DNA from: Armatimonadota bacterium
GTDB taxonomy: Bacteria > Armatimonadota > SYMT01
Reading direction: 5' to 3'
DNA: 64,000 bases
NCBI GenBank assembly: GCA_046292385.1
Contig: JBKBRF010000021.1
Coordinates: 50,668 to 114,667, forward strand
In this document: positions 46,380 to 57,078 of the stretch, one piece after another
How positions within the stretch are numbered: the first letter of the stretch is position 1
Layout of the letters: every line of letters begins with the position of its first letter
Notes under the pieces: generated by a model
Seen by the model: only the letters and a program-made list of their open reading frames with translations
The model's database searches: none
Told to the model about the DNA's origin: nothing
Made by a program: the position numbers and the translations under genes

Positions 46380-49019
46380 TCAGAACCAGGTCCAGACTTC
46401 GGTGCGGATATAGCGGTAGACGCGCCGGAACGCCACCTCCCGCAGGGGACGCTCGCCGCAGATGATCTTGGCGTGGCCGGTAATGCCGGGACGGAGATCG
46501 CCCTCCGGGTTCTCCACCTGCAGCCGGATTTCGTAGGCGCCGCGGCCGTTCGACTTCACCGGGCGGGGGGAGACGTCGGTCACGTGTCCTTCGAAGAGAC
46601 GGTCCGGGTACGCGCCGACTCGGAGCTGCACCGGCAGGCCCCGCCGGATCTCCCCCATCTCCTTCTCGTCGACCAGTACTTTCGCGGTGAGCGTCTCCAC
46701 CCGGTCGATCCAGGCGAGGGTCTGGCCGCGGTTCAGCTTCAGGCCGCGCTTCTCGTGCAGGCGGGGCGAGCTGATGACGCCGGAGATCGGCGCGGTGACC
46801 TGGGTCTGCCGAATCTTGCGCTCCACTCGCTCGATCTCCGTCACCAGCGGACGCGCCTCCAGCCGCTTCGCCGCCGCTTCCGCCCGCTTCACGTCCGCCG
46901 CCTGCCGCAGCACCCGGCGCGCCTCCAGCATCGCGGAACGGGTGTCGAGCTCGTCCCGGATCGCGTCCAGCCGCTCCGGGCGGGTCTCCTGCGCCACCAC
47001 CCGCTGGCTCTCCAGCGCCGCCTCGTACCCCGCGCGGAGGCGCCGGACCTCCGATTCGGCGTCCTCCCGATCTTCGTGCAGCGTCTTCAGCTTGGCGCGG
47101 AGCTCGCTCTGCAGCGCCGCCTCTTCCCGCTCCAGCGCCTTCAGGTCGGCCGCCAGGGTGTCGAGCCGCTGGCTCTGGAGCGCCCCTTCCCGCACCAGGA
47201 ACGCCGCCCGGCGCACTTCTTTCTGGGCCAGGTCCCGCTGCGCTCGGAGGCGGTCGATCCGCTCCACCACTGCCTGGGCGTCCGGCGGCAGGCGGCCTTC
47301 CGCCGCCGCGCGCTCGTCCCCCCGCAGCCGTTCCGCCACCCGCTCCGCGGAATCGAGAGCGGCCCGCGCCTCCTGCACCTTCCGCTCCGCCTCGGACTGG
47401 CGCGCGGGGAACAGCTCCTGGCGGTCCGACAGCTCCGCCTGCGCGCTGCGGATGTCCCGGAGGTCTTCCAGCACGTCCCGCTCCTTCTCCGCGGCGACCA
47501 GCGGAGCCTCCTGCTCCACCACCCGGCTGGCGGCCTCCACGCTGTCGACCTTCTGCCGGAGCTGCTCCGTCACTTTCTCCAGGTCGTAGCTCTCCAGCAC
47601 CGCCACCACCTCGCCCGCCCGCACCCGGTCGCCCTCCCGCAGGCGGATCTCCTGGACCACGCCTTCTACCGCGCCGCGGATCGGAATCCGCGCCTCCGCC
47701 TCCAGCGTGCAGGGGCTGGCCACCGCGAGGGTCCAGCGCGCGTTCCAGAACCAGATGCCGCCGCCCGCCAGCAGCGCCAGCAGCAGCACCGGCCGCAGGC
47801 GCGGACGCAGCGGCTTCTCCTTCCGCTCCGCCAGCCGGGCGCGCACGCGGCCCGCCATCGTCTTGAGCCAGGAGGAAAGGATCGCCATGGTCAGGATTCC
47901 TAGGACGAAAGCACCCTCGCGGCCGTAGCTGCCGACCAGCCACCGGCCGAGGGAGTAGTAGAGGAAGGTGAGCAGCACGGCCGAGTAGAGCCAGGAGCCG
48001 AAGCCGAACCAGAAGAAGATACGGCGCTCTCGCGCGTCATTGCTCCGCGGGGGCTCCGTGCCGACGAGAATCGAGCCGACCCGTCCCTGAAAGTAGCGGA
48101 TCGCCTTGTCTCGCAGGTTCGGGATGCGGAGCCAGTCGCTCAGCAGATAGTAGCCGTCCAGCTTGATGAACGGATTCAGGTTCATCAGCGCCATGAAGCC
48201 GCAAGTGCCCACCATCACGTGGCAGATCCGCGCCGGCACCGTCTCCGGCTCCAGCAGCTTCCACAGCACGAACGCCAGGGCGCCGAAGACCAGCTGCCAC
48301 GCCAGGCCGGCGCTGCCGATGAGCAGCCGCTCCTTACGGGACGAGAGGGTCCAGGCGCCGCTCACGTCGCAGTAGAAGCACGGAATCCCATACATCACGA
48401 AGAAGCCGACCCCGTGGCTGCGCGCGCCGAAGTAGCGGCACGTGACCCCGTGTCCCAGTTCGTGGAAGATCGAGATCACCGTGAATCCGGTCCAGAGCAG
48501 CACCATCCCTCCGGGCGTGAGCACGGGCCGGGAATGCCGCGCCAGCTCCTCCACGCTAAAGAACGCCCAGTGCCCCACGTAGAGCAGGAAGAGGACGATC
48601 AGCGCGATTCCGGCCGGGTGGTAGGCGGCGCGGGCGAGCGGCTGCAGCGCCTGGAAGAGGCCGTCCGCCGGCACCGGGGGGAGCTGGATGCGGAGCAGGC
48701 GCCGGTAGAACGGTACCGCTACGCGGCGCAGCCCAGGGACGGAGCCTTCGAGCCAGCCGAGCCCGTGGAGGCGCTGCGCGAAGGCGATGACGGTAGCCTG
48801 CGAGAGGCGGACGCCGGGGAACTCCCGCAGCACCGCCCCGTGCACCTCCGCGAGCGGCGTGACGCCGTCCAGCAGAGAGAGGATGAAGCCTTCGACTTCC
48901 CGGATGCGGAAGTACTTGCCAGTGCGGGGATCATGGACGACGGTGAGGCTGCGCCCCTCTTCCGAGACAGGCGTCAGAACCAGATCGTGCCGCCTCTGCG
49001 GGGTGCTGGAAGCGTCCAT
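46380..49019 (-). CDS. PqqD/RRE-like + M50 (site-2) Zn metalloprotease + HlyD membrane-fusion protein
   Basis: N-terminal VVHDPRTGKYFRI...LLDG...L..LGWL; FHELGH; NLNPFIKLDGY; lipoyl halves, long coiled coil and LRPGITGHAKI beta-barrel. Confidence 0.9.
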   Translation of the reverse strand: MDASSTPQRRHDLVLTPVSEEGRSLTVVHDPRTGKYFRIREVEGFILSLLDGVTPLAEVHGAVLREFPGVRLSQATVIAFAQRLHGLGWLEGSVPGLRRVAVPFYRRLLRIQLPPVPADGLFQALQPLARAAYHPAGIALIVLFLLYVGHWAFFSVEELARHSRPVLTPGGMVLLWTGFTVISIFHELGHGVTCRYFGARSHGVGFFVMYGIPCFYCDVSGAWTLSSRKERLLIGSAGLAWQLVFGALAFVLWKLLEPETVPARICHVMVGTCGFMALMNLNPFIKLDGYYLLSDWLRIPNLRDKAIRYFQGRVGSILVGTEPPRSNDARERRIFFWFGFGSWLYSAVLLTFLYYSLGRWLVGSYGREGAFVLGILTMAILSSWLKTMAGRVRARLAERKEKPLRPRLRPVLLLALLAGGGIWFWNARWTLAVASPCTLEAEARIPIRGAVEGVVQEIRLREGDRVRAGEVVAVLESYDLEKVTEQLRQKVDSVEAASRVVEQEAPLVAAEKERDVLEDLRDIRSAQAELSDRQELFPARQSEAERKVQEARAALDSAERVAERLRGDERAAAEGRLPPDAQAVVERIDRLRAQRDLAQKEVRRAAFLVREGALQSQRLDTLAADLKALEREEAALQSELRAKLKTLHEDREDAESEVRRLRAGYEAALESQRVVAQETRPERLDAIRDELDTRSAMLEARRVLRQAADVKRAEAAAKRLEARPLVTEIERVERKIRQTQVTAPISGVISSPRLHEKRGLKLNRGQTLAWIDRVETLTAKVLVDEKEMGEIRRGLPVQLRVGAYPDRLFEGHVTDVSPRPVKSNGRGAYEIRLQVENPEGDLRPGITGHAKIICGERPLREVAFRRVYRYIRTEVWTWF

Positions 49020-49387
49020 GCGGTGCCGGAGCCGAAAAAATCGGCGCGGCGGGGGATTGCGCCCCGGTCAGGGCCGCGCTAAGAGGAATATTGGCTGGTG
49101 CCAATCCTCCGGCACAGCGCGCAGGGCGGTTAATTCGGCGCCCCGTGTGCCGGGCGCCTAATCTTTGGGCCGAACAGCTTCGAGAAAAAAACTTCGCTCG
49201 GAGCGAAAATAACCCTAAAGAGGCCTGGAAGCACCGCCAATACTGATTGCACAGGCAGAGATAACCCGGTGATTTGCCCAGGAAGGGCGGCAACCCTTCC
49301 CCGGCGACCAGTTCTTTCTCTACCGAAAACGACGTGGGTAGCTCGGTGCCCTGGAGCCTGCGACAACAGGCAAGAGGGCGTGGTTCG

Positions 49388-49411
49388 TCAGTCGTCCCAG
49401 ATTACGTGCAT
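49388..49411 (-). CDS. 7-aa micro-ORF MHVIWDD
   Basis: GAGGA-ACGAAA-ATG CAC GTA ATC TGG GAC GAC TGA; in-frame stop just upstream; shares IW[ED]D with the neighbouring peptide. Confidence 0.5.
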   Translation of the reverse strand: MHVIWDD

Positions 49412-49471
49412 TTTCGTTCCTCGAAATCAACCGAGTGGAAGGCTGAAGTAGATCCCTCTGGAGAGGGTCGA

Positions 49472-49588
49472 CTACGGCCCGGGAACCACGGTCGCCGGCG
49501 GGGCATCTTCCCAGATGGCGTTCGGGGCCGTGCGGTCCTCCAGCTCTTCGATCTCGAGGGTCAGTTCGTCAAGGTGCAGTTCTGCCAT
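49472..49588 (-). CDS. 38-aa precursor-like peptide MAELHLDELTLEIEELEDRTAPNAIWEDAPPATVVPGP
   Basis: GGAG RBS; host-like codons; acidic leader ending EELEDRTAP; hairpin CCCTC-TCCA-GAGGG just after the TAG; below the ORF-track size cutoff. Confidence 0.8.
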   Translation of the reverse strand: MAELHLDELTLEIEELEDRTAPNAIWEDAPPATVVPGP

Positions 49589-49857
49589 GGGGTAGCTCCA
49601 TTCTTCGGAAAAGTGGATGCTCCCAGGCCTCTAGTGGTTTTCCTCTTACACCAGCGATAGTCGGCAAACTAGCGCTCGCTCACTAAAGGATTTCGGCTTA
49701 TTTTTGCCGGAGTCCTTTTCGCGCGCCACTGTTTTTTGTTGCGAGTTTGCTGAGACGCAAAAAACCGGTTTGGCCGCCTGCCTGGATTCGACCGTTTTGC
49801 GCTCCGCTGCCGTGATTTCTCCCTCCGCCCCATGTTCGTCCGTTTGGTGTAGTGGTC

Positions 49858-49872
49858 TGGCACGGAACTTGC
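49858..49872 (+). promoter_or_regulatory. Sigma-54 (-24/-12) promoter TGGCACGGAACTTGC
   Basis: Exact TGGCACG-N4-TTGC consensus ~100 bp upstream of the ATG at 49970. Confidence 0.8.
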
Positions 49873-49969
49873 ATGTGTAGTAAGCGAGTATCCGGCGCAC
49901 GGACACTCCCATTGCAGTGAAGCTCTCCCACTCCCCACCCGGACGAGGTGGAATGACGAGCCGGGGTCT

Positions 49970-52351
49970 ATGCAATTCGAGCAACTCCCGCGGCGCCTGC
50001 AAGCGCTGATCCTGGTAAAGGCGGTGGCGGCGATTGGCGTCACCCACTGGCTCTGGAGCATCTCTAGCTTCGGGGAGTGGCGCCTGCTCGGGTTCCTGAC
50101 GCTGTGCGGGGCGATCGCCGGCGCATGTAAGGTCGATACGCAGGTCAAGGCGGGCCGGGGAAGCATCACCCTCGGCTTTATGGTGACCTATTTCACCTTT
50201 CTGCTGCTGGGGCCGGAGGCCACGATCCCGATCGGCCTCGCCACCGGAATCGCGGGGCGGGTGGTGCAGTACACCGACGGCCGTCCGCACGTGGTCTGGG
50301 CGCGCGCGGTCTCCTACCACATCCTCTACAACTGCTCCAACCTGGTGCTGGCGATCGCCGCCATGGGGCTGGTCTACCCGCTGCTGGGCGGCCGCTACGG
50401 GGAGGTGGAGCTGACGCAGGCGGCGGTTCCCTCTTTCGCCAGCGCGCTCACCTACTACGCGGTCAACATCGGTGGGGTGGCGCTGGCGATCGCGTGGAGC
50501 CAGAACCGATCGGCGGTAGAGGTCTTCCGCAAGAACTTCTCCTGGGCGCTCCCCGGATTCCTGGCTAGCGCCTCCCTCTCGGTCGCGGTGCTCTGGCTCT
50601 ACGGGCACATCCACAGCGCGCTCATCTGCACGCTCGTGGTGCCGATGGCCTACGTGGTGCACCGCAACTTCCGGATGAGCCGGGACCAGCTCCGGGCGGA
50701 GCGCGACCACATGGCCGAGGTGAACCGCCTCAACGAGGCGATCATCTCCAGCCTGGCGATGGCGGTCGACGCCAAAGACCGGCTCACGCGCGGGCACGTC
50801 GACCGCGTGCGCACCTACGCCACGCGCCTGGGCGAGGCGTTGGGAATCTCCGCGGACGAGCTGCAGGCGCTGCGCATCGCCGCGATCCTCCACGACATCG
50901 GCAAGATCGGGATTCCGGAGCGGATTCTCTGCAAAGAGGGCAAGCTCACCGGCGACGAGTTCGAGCTGATGAAGAAGCACGTGGAGATCGGCGCGAACAT
51001 TCTGGAGCAGGTGCAGTTCCCCTGGCCGGTGGTCCCGATCGTGCTGGGGCACCACGAGCGCTGGGACGGGCTGGGCTACCCTCACGGCTGGCGCGGCGAG
51101 GAGATCCCGATCGGCGCCCGCATCTTGATGGTGGTCGACGTCTTCGACGCCCTGACCTCGGAGCGGCCGTACCGGCGCGCCATGGAGCACGCAGAGGCGC
51201 TGGCGGTGCTGGTCTCCAACCGCGGCTCTCAATTCGATCCGGTCGTGGTGGACCGCTTCGTCGAGCTGCTCCCCAGCGTGGCCGAGGAGATCCAGGCCCT
51301 GCGCGAGGACCAGGCGGACGCGGTGCATCTGCTGGCGCCGCCGGTCCCGGCCGCGGTCGCCGCGAGCGCCGTCTTTACCGACCCGGAGGCGGAGCTGCTG
51401 GTGGAGCTCACGCGGCGCGCGCTCAGCGCGGACGGCCTTCCGGCAATCAGCTCTCTGCTGACGGAAACGGTAACCTGCCTGCTCCCCTTCTCCACCTTCG
51501 CGGTCTTCCTGCGCTCCCCGGACGGTCGCCACGTGAGGGCCGTCACGAGTGCCGGGCTGTGGAGCTCCCTGCTGGACGGTATCGAGATCCGGATGGGCGA
51601 AGGGGTGAGCGGCTACGTGACCCAGACCCGTCAGGCGGTGATGAATGGCTCCGCCAGTCTCGACCTCGCCCGCCGGGTGCGCCCCGGCGAAAACCTGGAG
51701 TTGAACTCCACCCTCTGCGTCCCGCTCATCGCGGAGGGCGAGGCGGTGGGCGCACTCACCGTCTACCACACCGGCTACAACTTCTACCAGGCGCAGCACC
51801 TGCAGCGCCTGGAGCGGATCGCCCGGTGCGCCGCCGGCGCGCTGGAGAAGAGTCCCCGCGCCTTGCTGGCGGAACGGGAGCTGGACCACTACACTGCCCC
51901 GCCGATGCTACGGGAAGCGGTGCTGCGCCACCTGGACGAGCGGCTCCACGCCGCCGCACCGAGCCAATCCGCGGTCACCCTGGCGCTGGTCCGCCTGGAG
52001 TGTACCGCCAACACCCCCGCCCTGGAGATGGCGCGCCACGCGCGGGAGCTGACGCGCCTGCTGCGGCTCACCGTGCGCGATGCCGACTTCCTGACCCGGT
52101 ACTCCAGCACCGAGTTCGCGCTGGTGCTTCCGGGCTGCGGCGAGCGGGAGAGCGCCCAGATCGAGGAGCGACTTCGCTCCCGTCTCTCTCGGCCGGACAC
52201 CGAATCGGAAGCGCTCCCGGTCCCGATCAGCTTCGGCTGGGCCCTTTTTCCGGAAGACGGTCCGGATGCCGCCGCCCTGCTCCACATCGCCCAATCCCGC
52301 CTGGAAGATCAGAGCCGCCAGCAGGAAGCGCTCCGCCGCCTGATCGGGTAA
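49970..52351 (+). CDS. Membrane sensor HD-GYP phosphodiesterase with GAF and degenerate GGDEF domains
   Basis: About 7 N-terminal TMs; LHDIGK, HHERWDGLGYP and RPYR; GAF (GEGVSGYV...LCVPL...GALTVY); RYSSTEF in place of RYGGDEF. Confidence 0.92.
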   Translation: MQFEQLPRRLQALILVKAVAAIGVTHWLWSISSFGEWRLLGFLTLCGAIAGACKVDTQVKAGRGSITLGFMVTYFTFLLLGPEATIPIGLATGIAGRVVQYTDGRPHVVWARAVSYHILYNCSNLVLAIAAMGLVYPLLGGRYGEVELTQAAVPSFASALTYYAVNIGGVALAIAWSQNRSAVEVFRKNFSWALPGFLASASLSVAVLWLYGHIHSALICTLVVPMAYVVHRNFRMSRDQLRAERDHMAEVNRLNEAIISSLAMAVDAKDRLTRGHVDRVRTYATRLGEALGISADELQALRIAAILHDIGKIGIPERILCKEGKLTGDEFELMKKHVEIGANILEQVQFPWPVVPIVLGHHERWDGLGYPHGWRGEEIPIGARILMVVDVFDALTSERPYRRAMEHAEALAVLVSNRGSQFDPVVVDRFVELLPSVAEEIQALREDQADAVHLLAPPVPAAVAASAVFTDPEAELLVELTRRALSADGLPAISSLLTETVTCLLPFSTFAVFLRSPDGRHVRAVTSAGLWSSLLDGIEIRMGEGVSGYVTQTRQAVMNGSASLDLARRVRPGENLELNSTLCVPLIAEGEAVGALTVYHTGYNFYQAQHLQRLERIARCAAGALEKSPRALLAERELDHYTAPPMLREAVLRHLDERLHAAAPSQSAVTLALVRLECTANTPALEMARHARELTRLLRLTVRDADFLTRYSSTEFALVLPGCGERESAQIEERLRSRLSRPDTESEALPVPISFGWALFPEDGPDAAALLHIAQSRLEDQSRQQEALRRLIG

Positions 52352-52505
52352 ACCGTTCCGGCCTTCCTACCGGCCCGCTTCACCGCCGGCGTGTAGTCCG
52401 GCGCGGCGCCGGGTACCACCGGCAAAGACGAGGCTCGGGCTCAGCCGCCGCGGCACCTCACGCGACTGCGTCACAGCTTCCCGGGTCAGAAGCGAGAGGC
52501 TCCGG

Positions 52506-52718
52506 ATGGCAGAACTGATCGGTGGAACCCTGCTGCTGATGGTGATCCTGGGGATCGCCACCCTGGCGCTGATCGTCTGGGCGCTGGTCGACCTCTTCAG
52601 CCGCCCCATGGATACCGGCTACCGGCTCCTGTGGGTCGCGGTGATCCTGCTGCTGCCGGTGGTCGGCTCCATCGCCTACCTGATCGTCGGCCGGACCACC
52701 CGCGGTACGGCGATCTAG
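52506..52718 (+). CDS. Small PLDc N-terminal-domain membrane protein
   Basis: WALVD...LLWVAVILLLPVVGSIAYLIVGR. Confidence 0.85.
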   Translation: MAELIGGTLLLMVILGIATLALIVWALVDLFSRPMDTGYRLLWVAVILLLPVVGSIAYLIVGRTTRGTAI

Positions 52719-52824
52719 CCACGGGACAACGGCGAGAGATTACCCGGTGTCTGACCAGGTTTCATTAAGACTGGCTGGCACCGGGGCGGCGTGGGAGAGT
52801 CGAGCCAGTCGGAAGCGGAACTGC

Positions 52825-53334
52825 CTACCTGGGACGCGAGCGAGTCAGTCCCAGCAGCGCGAACCAGTCATGGGACTGCTCCGGGATGGCGTCGTCGAAA
52901 TACGGGGTGAAGTCCCAGGCGTCCTGCTCTACGGGCGTGACTTCCCACGCTGCCAGGCCTACGTTGCTATAGATGTCGACCGCGATGATCAAGACCACCG
53001 GACCGGCACGCCGCCGGATCGATTGTAGCCGGTCGTAACCGGTACCGTCTTCGGGTTGCCGCGGCAGGGAAGCGGCGACTCGCAAGAACTCCTGGTAGTC
53101 TTCCTCAGCCAGCACGCGCAAGGCGTAGATCCGGGTACCGTGCCCGCCATTCCAGTCGAGCATGTCGAAGGAGAACGTTCCCTCGCACGGCTCCAACCGC
53201 GTGACACCGGAAACGGGACCATCGTAGTAGTCCGCCAGCCCCACGCCCTCCATCCACGGACGCCCGATCGCTTCCCGGAGCCTTTTCACCGCGTGCGTGA
53301 CCATCACTTCTGAATACCTGTCAACCCAGGCCAT
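52825..53334 (-). CDS. Hypothetical protein
   Basis: 169-aa ORF with normal composition (DYYDGPVSG, DWFALLGL). Confidence 0.6.
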   Translation of the reverse strand: MAWVDRYSEVMVTHAVKRLREAIGRPWMEGVGLADYYDGPVSGVTRLEPCEGTFSFDMLDWNGGHGTRIYALRVLAEEDYQEFLRVAASLPRQPEDGTGYDRLQSIRRRAGPVVLIIAVDIYSNVGLAAWEVTPVEQDAWDFTPYFDDAIPEQSHDWFALLGLTRSRPR

Positions 53335-53604
53335 TCACCGAGACCAGAGGACGCGCTCCGCGCCGGTTTCGGTATCCCAGGCCACGATCCGCCCGTTGCC
53401 GGGCAGCGCCACCCACTCTCCTCCCGGCGACCAGGCGAACGACGGCGTCTCATCCCGCGACAGCCCACTGAACCGGGCGCGGCTCAGCGGCACGCCCGAC
53501 TGTCGGCCGCTTCCGGCGCGACCGCCGAGAACCGTCGCCAGCGCATCTCCGCCCAGCAGTGCCAGCGCACGCCGCCGCCCCATCTGCCCCAGCCCAGACG
53601 CCAT
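53335..53604 (-). pseudogene. Short WD40/PD40-like fragment
   Basis: RRRALALL signal-like start, then a single blade FAWSPGGEWVAL...IVAWDTETG before the stop. Confidence 0.4.
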
Positions 53605-53946
53605 CTCGCCATCATCCGTAAGGAAGCCACGCCTCCTTAGTGCGGGAGTGGCGGACGGCGGTTCGGTCGGTCGCGCGCCGGGCACGCCGGGGTCGTGCTC
53701 CGCGCCGTTGGCGTGGGGTCGCGGGGTGCGATACAACACCGAGGCATATTTTGCCCCGATCTGCCGGCTTCTTCTACCGATTGCCCGGCGGCAGCTCGGG
53801 CTGACCGCCAAACGCGGGCAATCATCTTCAGCCACCGGATCCCGGCGCCGCGGCGCGGGCTCCACCGGCGGGTCCCGCGTCTCTCCCTCCCGAGCCCGGC
53901 TCGCGGAGCGCCGCGCGCACCCTACCTGTGCATGGAGTTCAACTAA

Positions 53947-56619
<2,673 letters not shown>

Positions 56620-56703
56620 GTTAGGGATCAGGGTCCAGGGGATAGGGTCCAGGGTAGCGGGGAGCTCATCCCCTACTCTGGATCCGCCCTCGGAAACTAA
56701 AAG

Positions 56704-56749
56704 GGGAGAGCCGACCTCGTTGCGACGGTCGGCTCTCCCTCTTCTTTTT
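56704..56749 (+). terminator. Intrinsic terminator (probably bidirectional) between ppdK and pcrA
   Basis: GGGAGAGCCGACC / GGTCGGCTCTCCC 13-bp stem with a T-rich tail and an A-run on the 5' side. Confidence 0.85.
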
Positions 56750-56836
56750 CGCGCTCTTCGGGGCGGGATAAGTAGCAGAGTTGTCGATTACCGTCCAGGT
56801 CACCCGCGGCCAGGAAAGGTGCGGCGGCGGCTCCTG

Positions 56837-56997
56837 CTCACGGGGCCTCACCCTCGATCCCTCTCCTGAGAGGAGAGGGAAGCTATCGGTGTGATGCCGC
56901 TACTCCCCCTTCCACTTCAGGGAAGGGGGCCGGGGGGTTAGGCCGCGCCGGAGTGCTCACCCGTCGTGCTCCCTCTCGGCGGCTGTTTTCAGAGCAG
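56837..56997. repeat. ~160-bp dispersed structured repeat, copy 2
   Basis: Colinear with 28868-29029. Confidence 0.85.
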
Positions 56998-57078
56998 TCA
57001 GGGTCCGGGTGGCTGCCCATCCCCACATCTCCGTTCCCACATCTCCTTATCCCCTGAGGAGTTCCCCTGGCGACCCGC

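Noticed and set aside
49215..49242. TAAA-N16-GCCAATAC sigma28-like promoter on the plus strand
   Set aside because: Imperfect -10 element and no plus-strand gene nearby; would only give antisense RNA; unsupported
46380..49588. Assignment to a known RiPP class (daptide, pearlin, epipeptide)
   Set aside because: Leader similarity only; no class-defining tailoring enzymes nearby, and the peptide ends in Pro rather than the Thr typical of daptides
49660..49780. GGCAAAC ... GACGCAAA resembling a c-di-GMP-I riboswitch upstream of the HD-GYP gene
   Set aside because: The two motifs are ~90 nt apart rather than ~20, there is no GNRA-capped P2 stem, and the site lies upstream of the sigma54 promoter; an Infernal search would settle it
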